Shown here piece after piece: positions 50,491-61,144 of a stretch of 64,000 nt of DNA. Origin of the DNA: Candidatus Latescibacterota bacterium (GTDB taxonomy: Bacteria > Latescibacterota > UBA2968); NCBI GenBank assembly GCA_965207885.1, contig OZ242311.1, positions 2,336,001-2,400,000 of the forward strand, written 5' to 3'. The notes beneath the pieces were generated by a model. The model did no database searches and was not told the origin of the DNA. It worked only from the letters and a program-made list of their open reading frames with translations. The stretch's first letter is position 1, and the number at the start of each line of letters is the position of its first letter. The position numbers were made by a program, and so were the translations under genes.

Positions 50491-52775
50491 AATTCCTCTC
50501 CTTCCGTCACCGTGAGGACCTGATTTACCTGGAGATTCTCAAATCGTTGAACCACACCGCTCGGCCATCGAATCTCCAGAAGGTCCACGCGCTTGTTGGA
50601 CCCCAACCCGAACTCCAGCGGAAGGCTATTCGTAGATCCGAAGCCGCATCCCCCGCTGACCTCTGCGTACAATAATAGTGACCCCGCACGCACGGTCACC
50701 GCCGCCCCGATTCCATCCCGGTTGCTCCGAGTTCCAACCGTTTTAACCACCAGCCAGGTGTTGGAATTCCCTTCGTTGCGGTATAAGCGATTCACCCATT
50801 GATCCCCTATGAACGCCCCCCCAACAGGGACGTAAATATCCAAATCACCGTCACTATCATAATCTGCAAGGGTCACACCATGCCCCTTTCCGACCTGTTC
50901 GACGACGGCGGTGGAAGCGGTCACATCTGTAAAGGTCCCATCCCCATTGTTGTGGTAAAGGGCATCGGGTTCTAACCGCCCCATCTCCGGGCCCCCGTTG
51001 GCCAGATAGAGGTCCTGATATCCATCCTGGTCAATATCGCCAAAGTTGGCCCCCATCGATCCGAAAGCTTTGTTTAGCCCCGCCTGGATGGTCACATCAG
51101 TGAAGGTGCCATCTCCATTGTTGCGGTAGAGCACAGGCGTGCTATAATAAGTGTCCGGACCTGTTTCTCCGTCAACCTGACTCTGGATATAATCGGTAAA
51201 ATCGGCCATAGATGAAAAGAAAAGGTCGAGATCCGCATCGTTGTCATAGTCCAAAAAGAATGTCACAAACCCTTTCCGCCTTGAGGCGACTCCGGCCCGC
51301 TCGCTCACATCCGTAAAGGTCCCATCCCCATTGTTGTGATAAAGGACATTGGATTCCGTATGATTGACGACATACAGATCGAGGTAACCATCTTTATCGT
51401 AATCCCCAAAGGCTGTCCCGATAGCCGATCGGGTGTCTGCAACACCTGCTTGAGCGGCAACATTGGTGAAACTGCCGTCGCCATTATTGTGATAGAGCAC
51501 GTTTGGTGACGCATCTCCGACCACACCGTTGGCGATGTAAAGGTCGAGTACCCCATCATTGTTGTAATCCCCCCAGGCAGCGGCAAAGCCCGACCCGGAA
51601 TCTCCTGCGCCAGCACTCGCCGTCACATCGTCAAAGGTGCCATCCCCATTATTCTGGTAGAGTGAATTCGGCTTCTTACCAAACCAGCCATCCCGGGTTA
51701 CGTAGAGATCCAGATCTCCGTCGTTGTCGTAGTCGGCAAACAGAGACGCGAAACCGCCCGGCATATCGGCCAATCCCGCCTGGACAGCCACATTAGTGAA
51801 GGTGCCATCTCCGTTGTTCCGATAGAGAGCCTGAGGCGCATAATGTCCCAGGGCGAAAATATCCAGGTCTCCGTCGTTGTCGTAGTCTCCCCAGGCGCTA
51901 CCCCGTCCGCCATCCACCTTCGCGACCCCCACCCGGGAAGCGATATCGGTAAACAGGGGGGGAGAAACTCCGAGATCCTCGTGGAAAAGCCTGAGTCTAT
52001 ACCTCTCCTCCAAATCCTCCGGATATCCGCCTTCCCGATCGTAGGCGAGTTTAAGGGCCCATTTGGCCTTCAGGCTGCCCGGCCTGATTTTAAGGGCTTC
52101 TTTCAAATCGGGAATGGCCTTGCGGTAATCCTGGCTTCGGAGATGGGCAATCCCGAGTTGATATTGGGCTTCAAAATGTTGGGGATAATGCGGGATAATT
52201 GATGCGAAGCGCTCTGCGGCTTCAGAAAATTGACCGAGTCTGAGTTCGACGATACCCAGCTGAAAGGAAGCGCCTACATGATCGGGATTCACTTCCAGCA
52301 CCTTCTCAAATTGCCTCTTGGCCTCCTCCAGGTTGGGAAGCATCCCTCCCGCGATCCCCAGGAGGTAGCCAACCTTCATCCGTGCATCCGCAGGGATACT
52401 GTCTGGGTCGGTCAAAAGCACCTGCTGAATCTCCTGTCGAGAGTCGAAGAACCGCCCTTCAGTCGCCAGAACCTCCGCAAGCACCAGGCGGGCTTCGACC
52501 CGGTCCGGCTCAATCTCGATCGCCTGGTGGAGCACATCGGCCGCTCGCCCCAACATCTGCTGCCTCAGATAGATCTCTGCCAGCCGCACGCGGGCATCGT
52601 AGTGGGAGGCGTCGAGTTCCAGACAGCGAAGAAATGCCTGGATCGCCTGCTTGTGCTGGCTCTGATCCACAGATTCGACGCCGCGCCGATAATGCGCCTC
52701 GACCTCCTCCTGATCCGAAGCCAGAGCCCAGACGGGAACCGCGATCAGTAACAACAAGAAAACCCGCATTTCCAT
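50487..52775 (-). CDS. TPR + FG-GAP + ASPIC/UnbV protein
   Basis: Signal peptide, N-terminal TPRs, GDYDNDG repeats, SNRDGIGA..FGLG..IRWPSG. Confidence 0.92.
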   Translation of the reverse strand: MEMRVFLLLLIAVPVWALASDQEEVEAHYRRGVESVDQSQHKQAIQAFLRCLELDASHYDARVRLAEIYLRQQMLGRAADVLHQAIEIEPDRVEARLVLAEVLATEGRFFDSRQEIQQVLLTDPDSIPADARMKVGYLLGIAGGMLPNLEEAKRQFEKVLEVNPDHVGASFQLGIVELRLGQFSEAAERFASIIPHYPQHFEAQYQLGIAHLRSQDYRKAIPDLKEALKIRPGSLKAKWALKLAYDREGGYPEDLEERYRLRLFHEDLGVSPPLFTDIASRVGVAKVDGGRGSAWGDYDNDGDLDIFALGHYAPQALYRNNGDGTFTNVAVQAGLADMPGGFASLFADYDNDGDLDLYVTRDGWFGKKPNSLYQNNGDGTFDDVTASAGAGDSGSGFAAAWGDYNNDGVLDLYIANGVVGDASPNVLYHNNGDGSFTNVAAQAGVADTRSAIGTAFGDYDKDGYLDLYVVNHTESNVLYHNNGDGTFTDVSERAGVASRRKGFVTFFLDYDNDADLDLFFSSMADFTDYIQSQVDGETGPDTYYSTPVLYRNNGDGTFTDVTIQAGLNKAFGSMGANFGDIDQDGYQDLYLANGGPEMGRLEPDALYHNNGDGTFTDVTASTAVVEQVGKGHGVTLADYDSDGDLDIYVPVGGAFIGDQWVNRLYRNEGNSNTWLVVKTVGTRSNRDGIGAAVTVRAGSLLLYAEVSGGCGFGSTNSLPLEFGLGSNKRVDLLEIRWPSGVVQRFENLQVNQVLTVTEGEEL

Positions 52776-52805
52776 CCTCCATGTCTATTCAGGTTAAAAC
52801 AGGGT

Positions 52806-53924
52806 TCAGCTATCCCATTCGTTCGAAATCAGGGCTGCTCCCGTCTCTTTGTCGAAAAAGTGTATCTCGGCCAAATCGAACGCCAGGTGAACCGTTTCGC
52901 CGACTGCCGGAATCCAATCCGTATAGATACGGGCGACAAACCGTGTATCTTCCGCCCTCAGGTAGAGATAGGTCTCGTTTCCCATCGGTTCTACCACCTC
53001 AACGCTGGCGCGGATCTCCCCTCGTTCCTGAGGCCCGTAGGGAGCAGACGCCTCGACAATATGTTCCGGTCTGATGCCCAGTACCAGATCCCGGCCGATG
53101 TAGGCTTGCAGACAACCGGTACATCGCTCTGGAATGGGGAAGCAGATGGCATCGCTGGAAAAGGCCACCCCCTTGTTTCGGGTCAGCCTGCCCTCCAGAA
53201 AATTCATTGACGGGCTGCCGATAAAACCGGCCACAAACCGGTTGACCGGATGCCGGTAGAGATCGATAGGGGAACCAATCTGCTGGATCCGTCCCTCTCG
53301 CATCGCTACAATCCGATCCCCCATCGTCATCGCCTCGACCTGATCGTGGGTGACATAGATCATCGTCGCGTCCAGATGCATATGCAGCTTGCTGATCTCT
53401 GTGCGCATCTGGACGCGCAGCCCGGCATCCAGGTTCGACAGCGGCTCGTCGAACAGAAAGACCTTCGGTTTCCGAACGATAGCCCGCCCCACCGCCACGC
53501 GCTGTCGCTGCCCACCCGACAGCGCCTTCGGCTTCCGGCCAAGCAGGTCGCCGATTCCCAGAATATCTGTCGCTTCCCTTACCCGGGCGTCGATCTCCTC
53601 CTTCCGGTATTTCCGCAGCTTCAACCCGAAGGCCATATTCTGGTAAACGGACATGTGGGGGTAGAGGGCGTAATTCTGGAAGACCATGGCAATATCCCGA
53701 TCTTTGGGCAGGAGGTTGTTTGCCAGGACCCCCCCGATATAGATCTCTCCTCTGGTCACTTCCTCCAGACCGGCGATCATCCGGAGGATTGTCGTCTTCC
53801 CGCACCCGGACGGACCCACCAGGACCACAAGCTCTCCATCTTCCACCTGGAGATCGACATCCTCCACTGCCACCACCGCTTTGTCGAATACCTTTCGCAC
53901 ACGCTTCAGAGTCACGCTCGCCAT
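52806..53924 (-). CDS. Sugar ABC transporter ATP-binding protein (MalK/UgpC-like)
   Basis: GPSGCGKT, FQNYALYPHM, LSGGQRQR and DEPLSNLD; start MASVTL at 53924. Confidence 0.95.
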   Translation of the reverse strand: MASVTLKRVRKVFDKAVVAVEDVDLQVEDGELVVLVGPSGCGKTTILRMIAGLEEVTRGEIYIGGVLANNLLPKDRDIAMVFQNYALYPHMSVYQNMAFGLKLRKYRKEEIDARVREATDILGIGDLLGRKPKALSGGQRQRVAVGRAIVRKPKVFLFDEPLSNLDAGLRVQMRTEISKLHMHLDATMIYVTHDQVEAMTMGDRIVAMREGRIQQIGSPIDLYRHPVNRFVAGFIGSPSMNFLEGRLTRNKGVAFSSDAICFPIPERCTGCLQAYIGRDLVLGIRPEHIVEASAPYGPQERGEIRASVEVVEPMGNETYLYLRAEDTRFVARIYTDWIPAVGETVHLAFDLAEIHFFDKETGAALISNEWDS

Positions 53925-53989
53925 CGCTACCTCTTCTTTTTGGTGACACGCATCTCTCTCCTGAGTTTCCGTCCGCCATCCGCTGGCTG

Positions 53990-54829
53990 TCATTCACCTT
54001 TGAGCGAACCGACCATCAGGCCGGAAACAAAATAGCGCAGACCACTGAGGTACAAAAGAAGCATCGGAAAAACGGCCACGAGCAATCCCGCCATCGTCAC
54101 TGGCACATTGACGCCGAATCGATCCCGAAAAACAGTGATCCCCACCATAAGTGTGCGCATATCGTCGGCCTGTAGGAGCACCAGGGAGATGAGCAACTCA
54201 TTCCAGACCCACAACGCGTTGACGATGGCCAAGGTGGCGATCGCCGGAAGGGACAGCGGCAGCACGATTTTGCGCAACAGCAACCCGTGCGAACACCCAT
54301 CAATCAGGGCTGCGTCGAAGATTCCCTGGGGCAGCTGGCTGAAGAAGCCAGTCAAAAAAAACGTGGTATAGGGCAACATAAACCCGCAATACACCGCAAT
54401 GGCCGCCGGATAGGTGTTCACCAGACCGACCTTCACCATAAAGACAAATAGCGGCACGATCATGGCGATGACCGGAACGGCCATCAGCGCCGAGGTCAGC
54501 CGAAAGAGTACGTGCCGGCCCGTGAAAGGGATCCGGGCGAAGGCGTAAGCTGCAAAGCACGAGATACCGAGCGTCAAACCGACCGACGTGATTGTGAGAA
54601 CAGTGCTGTTCAAAATCCACCGTGCAAACTCCGACTGGCCAAAGACAACGGCAAAATTGTTCAGCACAGGCGAAGAGGGTAATCCCACCGGATCCTGGAA
54701 AAACTCCATCTGCTCTTTAAGAGCCGAAACCAACATAAAGTAGAGGGGGACGAGGGCCACGATGCACAGCCCGAGCAGAACAAAGTGGCACACGGCCGAC
54801 CGAATAAATCTTTGGACCATCGCGAGCAT
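53990..54829 (-). CDS. Carbohydrate ABC permease (MalG-like)
   Basis: DAALIDG and WVWNE motifs; 6 TMs. Confidence 0.92.
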   Translation of the reverse strand: MLAMVQRFIRSAVCHFVLLGLCIVALVPLYFMLVSALKEQMEFFQDPVGLPSSPVLNNFAVVFGQSEFARWILNSTVLTITSVGLTLGISCFAAYAFARIPFTGRHVLFRLTSALMAVPVIAMIVPLFVFMVKVGLVNTYPAAIAVYCGFMLPYTTFFLTGFFSQLPQGIFDAALIDGCSHGLLLRKIVLPLSLPAIATLAIVNALWVWNELLISLVLLQADDMRTLMVGITVFRDRFGVNVPVTMAGLLVAVFPMLLLYLSGLRYFVSGLMVGSLKGE

Positions 54830-54832
54830 CCT

Positions 54833-55720
54833 CTACTCGAAGATTTCCACCCGGCGCAGCAGGCTGAAAAGGCCGGATAGGCCCACAGCGACGAGCAATA
54901 TCACGACAAACGAACAGGCGGAGGCAACGCCGATCTCGTCGTAGCTGAAAGCCCGCTGATAGATATAAAATTCACTCACGTAGGTGGTGAAGCCGGGCCC
55001 GCCCCGGGTCAGTACAAAGATATAATTGAATACCCAGCTAAACAGCTGAATCATCATAACGCTCGTGTAAAACAGAATCACCGTACTCAGCTGCGGAACC
55101 GTAACGTAATAAAGTGTCTGCCACCAGCCCGCCCCATCAATACGGGCACTTTCGTAGAGTTCGCCCGGAACCTGCATCAGGCGGGCCAGGAAAAGGACGA
55201 TGCCCAACCCCAATTCCCGCCAGACGATCACACCCCCTACGGTAAAAAAAGCGAGATGAGGATCTCCCAGCCAATCCTGGCGCAGTCCACCCAGTCCGGC
55301 GAAATCAAGGACCCTGTTGACCAGACCGCGGTACTGAAGGATGTAACCAAACGCGATGCCGGTAACCACAACCGGTATCATGTACGGGAGAAAGATGAAA
55401 AACCTGTACACCTGCCAGCCCCTGATCCGCTCGTACAGCAGGGACGAAAAAACCAGAGACAGAAAAACGAGAATCGGTATCAGGAAGAACAACCCAACAT
55501 TGTTCCACAACGCCTGCCAGAAAATCGGATCGCCCAGCAAGCGTTGGTAGTTGTCCAGCGCGGTCCACACACCGGTCCCTCTATGCCGCAGGCTGAATTC
55601 GATAACCTTCGCCATAGGGTATGCATACACAAAGGCGAGAATGGCAAGGGCGGGAACGAGAAAGGTGTACCCTGCGCGATTTGCCCACTGTATCATCACA
55701 CGCTGTCTCCTGACCTGCAT
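54833..55720 (-). CDS. Carbohydrate ABC permease (MalF-like)
   Basis: ELYESARIDGA and LTRGGPG motifs. Confidence 0.92.
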   Translation of the reverse strand: MQVRRQRVMIQWANRAGYTFLVPALAILAFVYAYPMAKVIEFSLRHRGTGVWTALDNYQRLLGDPIFWQALWNNVGLFFLIPILVFLSLVFSSLLYERIRGWQVYRFFIFLPYMIPVVVTGIAFGYILQYRGLVNRVLDFAGLGGLRQDWLGDPHLAFFTVGGVIVWRELGLGIVLFLARLMQVPGELYESARIDGAGWWQTLYYVTVPQLSTVILFYTSVMMIQLFSWVFNYIFVLTRGGPGFTTYVSEFYIYQRAFSYDEIGVASACSFVVILLVAVGLSGLFSLLRRVEIFE

Positions 55721-55723
55721 ACG

Positions 55724-57085
55724 CTATCTGGCCTCAGAAGCCCAAGTAGCGAGTTCTTCAACCGTATCCACATTCGAATCCCGCCACCGGTTGAGGAATT
55801 CATCCACCTGCTCCGCAGCCCGATCTGCGGACAGTGCTCCGGCGAACAGGGACTGCACCGCCGGGAAAAGATTTTCCCGATCCATCTGCGGCGGCCAGTA
55901 GTTCTGGTAATTCGTCATGCTCTCGCTTCCCATCCACGCGGCAATCGTGCGATCCTGCGGCCACACAAGTCTGCTGCGATCGAAGCGCCTGTCGGGTGGA
56001 ATCGCTCCCGACAGGGCATGCATCCGATCCAGTCGTTCCGGGGTATGAAAGTAACAGAGCAGATCGGCCGCGTCCTCCTTGTAATCCGACCACGAAGTCA
56101 CAAGCAGTTGCTGTGCCGTATTCGGCATCCTACCCGCCAGCCTGCCTTTCCCGAATCTGGGAGGCAGCATGACACCCACGTTCTCCTCTCCCAGCATCTT
56201 GCTGAAGTAGCTCACCTTGGTCTGGCCGGCAACGGCCATCGCCGCCTCTCCAGCCAGAAACAGGTTTTGAGCCTGATAGTATTCCAACGAAGAGACATCC
56301 CGGTTGAAAACGCCCTTTCGAACCATCTCCTCCACGCGGTGCAGCCAGCTTGAATACAGAGGATCGATAAACGGAACCTCGCCGGTAGCGGCCTTGAGAA
56401 TATCGATAGAATTGTCCAATTCCTGCAAAATGAAGAGGCTGCTAAAATTTCCGATACCGCTCAGACCCTTCACACCATATCCCCACGGCACAAAACCGGC
56501 AGCCCGCAGGCGATCTGCTGCCGATAGGAACGCATCCCAGGTGCGAGGTGGATGATCGGGATCCAGGCCCGCCCGGGCAAAAGCCGGCTTGCTGTAAACG
56601 AGCAGGAAGGGAAGCGCATACCAGGGGAGCCCATAGACCTTCCCCCGAAAGGCGGTCTCCCGCAGACTGTCGGGAAAAACAGGCTCCAGATCGTCCTTGC
56701 TCAGCAGGTCGCTGATCGGATGCACATACCCCCGCCAGACGAACTGCATCGTGGATACCCCACCCCACATATACTGAATATCGGGCCCCTGTCGGGCCTG
56801 TCCGGCGGAGGCGAATGACGGGTAGAGCGATTCTGTAGCCTGTAGCACGGTTGCAATCTCAACGCCCGGATGCGCCGCCTTGTATCGGTGAACGGTCTCC
56901 CGCACCCACTGCTGCAGACCCGGTGCCTCCTGTTCGCCCCACCACCAGACGGTGAGATGAACCTCTGGTGCGGCCCGGACGCTGCCGGGCGTCAGCGGGA
57001 TAACCAGAGACAGACCTGCCAGACCGGCAGTTGCTCGGCCGCTCCTTGCAAGGAACTCCCGCCGTGTCACTCCTCCATCACCCAC
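55724..57085 (-). CDS. Tat-exported sugar ABC substrate-binding protein
   Basis: TRREFL twin-arginine motif; GPDI, GKVYGLP, PRTWD; GTG start at 57085 after AAGGAG (ATG 57109 is an alternative). Confidence 0.85.
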   Translation of the reverse strand: MGDGGVTRREFLARSGRATAGLAGLSLVIPLTPGSVRAAPEVHLTVWWWGEQEAPGLQQWVRETVHRYKAAHPGVEIATVLQATESLYPSFASAGQARQGPDIQYMWGGVSTMQFVWRGYVHPISDLLSKDDLEPVFPDSLRETAFRGKVYGLPWYALPFLLVYSKPAFARAGLDPDHPPRTWDAFLSAADRLRAAGFVPWGYGVKGLSGIGNFSSLFILQELDNSIDILKAATGEVPFIDPLYSSWLHRVEEMVRKGVFNRDVSSLEYYQAQNLFLAGEAAMAVAGQTKVSYFSKMLGEENVGVMLPPRFGKGRLAGRMPNTAQQLLVTSWSDYKEDAADLLCYFHTPERLDRMHALSGAIPPDRRFDRSRLVWPQDRTIAAWMGSESMTNYQNYWPPQMDRENLFPAVQSLFAGALSADRAAEQVDEFLNRWRDSNVDTVEELATWASEAR

Positions 57086-57098
57086 TGGTTCAATCTCC

Positions 57099-58337
57099 TT
57101 ATAGCTCATCCGAGTTCTGGTGTGCAGTCGGTAGTGGTCCAAATCGCTTGACGGCGTCGCTTCTATCCACGATATCCGGCACCTGGACCGGCCTCCCCTC
57201 GTAGATCGACTGCACCGCACAGATTGCTCCAGCGCAGGATCGGGCACTCTCATAGACGTTGCACGGCGGCTGATAGTCTTCCAGGATGGCATTCACCAGA
57301 TCCAGGTCGGCCAGGTACTCCGTGCCGCCGTGGCCCACCCTCCCGGAGATTTCCTCATCCACAATCAGCGGCGGCACTTCGATCTTCACCATCCCGTGTT
57401 CCGACTGCTCCTTTGCAGCCTCGTCCTCCTGTTTGACGGACATTGTGTACATCCACCCATAAACGCCCCTGCTATAATTCGGATCTTCGTCGGCAAAGCA
57501 GCCATAGACACCCGGCCCATCGGGAGGATGGGGCAGACGGCCGGAGGTCTCCAGCGTGCCCTTCGTCCCGTACACGGCGGCATACTCTATCGTGGGCCGC
57601 TTTGGGCCCTTTGAACAGACACATCGGGCAATCGCACCGCTCGCCGTTTTGAAAAGCGCCACTTCGTGATCATACACCTGTCGATAGGGCATATTCTTTT
57701 TGTTCCCGTACCCGAACACCTCGACGAATTGCTCTCCCATCAACCAGTACGCATTATCTATGGCATACAGACCGCCGCCGGCGCTGATCGATCCCTGAGC
57801 CAGTTCTCCCAACCCCCATCGGAAGGTCGGAGAACCATCCTGCCGGATGGTAATTCCCTCAATGTCGTGGACATATTCTGTCTCTACATAGTAGATCTCT
57901 CCAAGCTTTTCTTGTTCGATCAACCGCTTCATATGCACCGTCGGTGCCATCCACCGGAGCTGATTGTCCATCTGGACCTTCAGATTGCGCCTTTCAGACA
58001 TATACACAATCTTCCAGAGCGTCTCCAGGGACTGGTTCTCCATTGGCACCTCAACCATAACGTGCTTCCAGTGGTCCAGTGCCGCCAGGGTGTGCTGCCC
58101 GTGCAGGTGGCAGGGCGTGCAGAGGGCCACCAGGTCCACATCCTTTTCGGCGAGCACATCGGCGTATCGGGTGGTCCACTTGCCAATGCCGTGTTCCTCT
58201 GCCGCGGATCTGGCCCGCTCCTCAACGACATCGCAGACCATCACCACTTCCGTCTGGTCGATGTACTCGTTGAACACCCGAACGTGCGCCCTCCCATGGC
58301 CCATCCCGACCACAGCAACCTTCAATGTCTTTGCCAT
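57099..58337 (-). CDS. Gfo/Idh/MocA oxidoreductase
   Basis: VVGMGHG, TPCHLH, VEVPM, EYVH and GHGG motifs. Confidence 0.88.
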   Translation of the reverse strand: MAKTLKVAVVGMGHGRAHVRVFNEYIDQTEVVMVCDVVEERARSAAEEHGIGKWTTRYADVLAEKDVDLVALCTPCHLHGQHTLAALDHWKHVMVEVPMENQSLETLWKIVYMSERRNLKVQMDNQLRWMAPTVHMKRLIEQEKLGEIYYVETEYVHDIEGITIRQDGSPTFRWGLGELAQGSISAGGGLYAIDNAYWLMGEQFVEVFGYGNKKNMPYRQVYDHEVALFKTASGAIARCVCSKGPKRPTIEYAAVYGTKGTLETSGRLPHPPDGPGVYGCFADEDPNYSRGVYGWMYTMSVKQEDEAAKEQSEHGMVKIEVPPLIVDEEISGRVGHGGTEYLADLDLVNAILEDYQPPCNVYESARSCAGAICAVQSIYEGRPVQVPDIVDRSDAVKRFGPLPTAHQNSDEL

Positions 58338-58390
58338 CGCCTGTTTCTCCTTCTGATCATGATCACCGCTCAAGCGCGTGCTATATGGCT

Positions 58391-60406
58391 TTAGTCTGCG
58401 TGGATATGGTGGCCGCTACCGGGGAACCAGATCGCATCCACGAGAATTGTCAGGGCGACTCCCAGCGCCCAGCCGACCAGGATGCCGATAAAAAACGGTC
58501 TGGACCGCCTGTAGAGCGCCGCGTCTCCGATCTTCATAAAGATCCATTTAAACGCCCAGGCCAGAAAGATGGAAAAGGTCATTCGGTAGCTGAAGTAGGT
58601 AGATGAAATCGCAAATCCAATCGGATGGATCGGCCAGCCCGGAAACCGGTACCGGAGGAACGTCATGACTGCCATAACCCCGGCGCCGATCCAGAAGAAC
58701 TGCAGCTTCTCCCAATCGGTCGGAAATGGCGATTGCATGTACACGACTACGTCGTTGAGGACCTTCGGCGCAGCGGAATTGATCTTCCAGGAGTTAAAGT
58801 TGTAGGCTCCGTGGGCATATCCCAGGTAAAGGGTTCCCCACACCGAGCAGAGCAGAGAAACAAATAGTGCCAGACCGGTGCAGACCAGAATTCCCTTGCG
58901 GGAACGTGCGGCCACATCCGCCACCTTCCCCACATGTGTCAGCACCGGCATGAACAGCCCCGTCCCACGGGCCACTAAAGAGTATGTGAAGGCCAGGGCA
59001 GTCAGGCTGGCCCCCGAGGTTGTCTCGGTCCCCAGTACATACAGCGTGGAATACTGCGCCGTCATGGGTGCTCGCACATAAGCCAGACCGGTCTCGACCA
59101 CGATTCTCGACACTCCAATGTATATGACGAGAGTAGAAACCGTCAACACCAGGGCCATCTTGTAGCTCATCCCTGCGCTGTGCAGCCATAAGAGAATGAA
59201 TACTATACCCAGGATAAATCCAAAAACGGCGGTCCGATAGGACATCATCTCGTCGCTGTCCTCGGTGAGTTGTGCATATCCGAAGGCACTGCGCACCATA
59301 TTCCTCAGGTGGTGCCGCGCCGTCCACAGCACCCAGAACACCATACACCAGAATGCCCCCCAGCACTGCCAGCCGGTGGCCGCACTGTAGGACGACCAGT
59401 ACGCTCCTTCCCCAGCGCTGTAGCCGATGCGGTTGAAGATGGAGGCCTCGACAATAAAGATCAGAAAGAAGAACCAGATGCTGAACAGGACCTCTAAGTT
59501 CGCAAAAAAACCGAACGCCATCGCAAAAAAGTGGATGTTCAGGTTTATACCTGGCGCCCCCGGGTAAAGAACGACGTTTCCCCCACCCAGGGGAATGGGC
59601 GGGAGGCCCGGGACGAGATAGGTCAGGATGTTCCAGCAGACGATCCCGAACGGAATCACTGCCCCGGCCCAGAACAGCTTTCCACGCATAAATTCCGGCT
59701 TGAAGCCAACTGCCCCAGATTTTGTCGCCATCTCGATTCCGACACTCACCAGGGGGTAGCCCAGCTTCTCGTGATGGATCCACTGCCTTCTCAATGCCAC
59801 CACGATGCACGCCGAAACCAGCGTTACCGCCGCGATGAAACAGACCCACCAAAATAGGGGGACCACCCACATTTCCCAGGGAATACGTTCCCCTGTTGGC
59901 AAACCCTCGAAAAACCACGTCATGGCGCCGGTGTGGTCAGATGGGGCCAGCCAGTCAGAGATGTAGTTGTGAAAATATGGCTCCCACCGGTTCTCTGGCG
60001 AGGCAAAGTAGTACGGAGAGGAAATGATCGCCAGCCAAAAGCCCGTCAGTTGCCATGTCGGCAACACGCTTCCGGCCATCACCATCGCCAGGATGATCAG
60101 CAGTTCGAAGGGCGAAAGCGGGCGCACAAAACCCAGACGACCCAGAACGACGTTCAAAATAACCAGGACCAGGAAGCACAGAAAGGCAATCAAAGGAAAA
60201 TGACTCAGGTTGAGATACGAGGAGCGAATCACGTACTCATCATAGGTCAGAAACAGACTGGCGAAGGCCGCGAAGAGAACGCCCAGAATCACCGATCTGG
60301 TTGTAATTCCCTCCTTCTTCGTGGGTGAGGACAGGTGTGCCTCATCTACGGCAGTCGATTCAATCGTCGCCCTGGGGGGAATAAAAACTGGTTCTCGGCT
60401 ATCCAT
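58391..60406 (-). CDS. DUF6785/DUF6784-type polytopic membrane protein (putative transporter)
   Basis: ~18 TMs; RRQWIHHEKLGYP, RIVVETG, WPIHPIG and RPFFIG motifs. Confidence 0.75.
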   Translation of the reverse strand: MDSREPVFIPPRATIESTAVDEAHLSSPTKKEGITTRSVILGVLFAAFASLFLTYDEYVIRSSYLNLSHFPLIAFLCFLVLVILNVVLGRLGFVRPLSPFELLIILAMVMAGSVLPTWQLTGFWLAIISSPYYFASPENRWEPYFHNYISDWLAPSDHTGAMTWFFEGLPTGERIPWEMWVVPLFWWVCFIAAVTLVSACIVVALRRQWIHHEKLGYPLVSVGIEMATKSGAVGFKPEFMRGKLFWAGAVIPFGIVCWNILTYLVPGLPPIPLGGGNVVLYPGAPGINLNIHFFAMAFGFFANLEVLFSIWFFFLIFIVEASIFNRIGYSAGEGAYWSSYSAATGWQCWGAFWCMVFWVLWTARHHLRNMVRSAFGYAQLTEDSDEMMSYRTAVFGFILGIVFILLWLHSAGMSYKMALVLTVSTLVIYIGVSRIVVETGLAYVRAPMTAQYSTLYVLGTETTSGASLTALAFTYSLVARGTGLFMPVLTHVGKVADVAARSRKGILVCTGLALFVSLLCSVWGTLYLGYAHGAYNFNSWKINSAAPKVLNDVVVYMQSPFPTDWEKLQFFWIGAGVMAVMTFLRYRFPGWPIHPIGFAISSTYFSYRMTFSIFLAWAFKWIFMKIGDAALYRRSRPFFIGILVGWALGVALTILVDAIWFPGSGHHIHAD

Positions 60407-60455
60407 AACCTATCTGCCCTAATGTCCATTTTTTTTTATCGTGGGCGGTAATAAC

Positions 60456-61115
60456 TCAAACGATAAACTTCAACTCGCTCTCTTTTCCAGCATCCACCTT
60501 AGCAGAGTGTTCCTCAAAATTCAACATATCGAGCAGGCTTACCCCTTCTTCCATCTTTGTGAGCAACAGCCCTTCCTTTTTCTGGATATCCTCGGCAATC
60601 GGAATAGCCTCCGACAATTCAGCGGTGGTTGCCACAACAACACCATCGTCGTCGCCAAAAAGAATATCACCCGGATGCACGATCACGCCTCCACACGAGA
60701 TTGGAATTTGTGTCTCGAATATCTTAGAAGTGGTACCGGCAACGGGATAGATTGAACGGGCATAATACGGAATAGGTAAGGTGCGTATCTTTGCCGTATC
60801 CCGGCAGGGACCGTCGATGACGACGCCAGCCAGTTGCTTGCGCAGGGCCTCAGTTGGAAACAATTCGCCCGTCAGTGCCCTGCGACTGCCCTGGGAATCG
60901 ATGACAAGAACCTCATCCTGCTCGGCGTCACTCAGCGCTTTGATGACCGTAAGAAAGTCTTCGTGGCAGGTCACGGTGTGTGCACGCCCGATGAGCTTGA
61001 GGCCAGTGTTGATTGGACGAATGGCAGGATCGACAGCCCTGAGATCCTTGTTGGCATCACATATGCACGCGGTATCGAGAAGGGACAGACGCCGCTTGAT
61101 CTCTTCAAAATCCAT
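60456..61115 (-). CDS. RraA/HMG aldolase family protein
   Basis: TACICDA, GRAHTV, GEL, DGPCRD and PGDILFGDDDGVV motifs. Confidence 0.9.
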   Translation of the reverse strand: MDFEEIKRRLSLLDTACICDANKDLRAVDPAIRPINTGLKLIGRAHTVTCHEDFLTVIKALSDAEQDEVLVIDSQGSRRALTGELFPTEALRKQLAGVVIDGPCRDTAKIRTLPIPYYARSIYPVAGTTSKIFETQIPISCGGVIVHPGDILFGDDDGVVVATTAELSEAIPIAEDIQKKEGLLLTKMEEGVSLLDMLNFEEHSAKVDAGKESELKFIV

Positions 61116-61144
61116 CAAATTGACCTCCTATTTTATTTTTTTCT

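Noticed and set aside
47372-51900. Recurrent ~25-35-bp DNA repeats resembling a CRISPR array
   Set aside because: They encode FG-GAP motifs (YRNNGDGTFTDV) in frame, are degenerate, are spaced >100 bp apart, and no cas genes are present.
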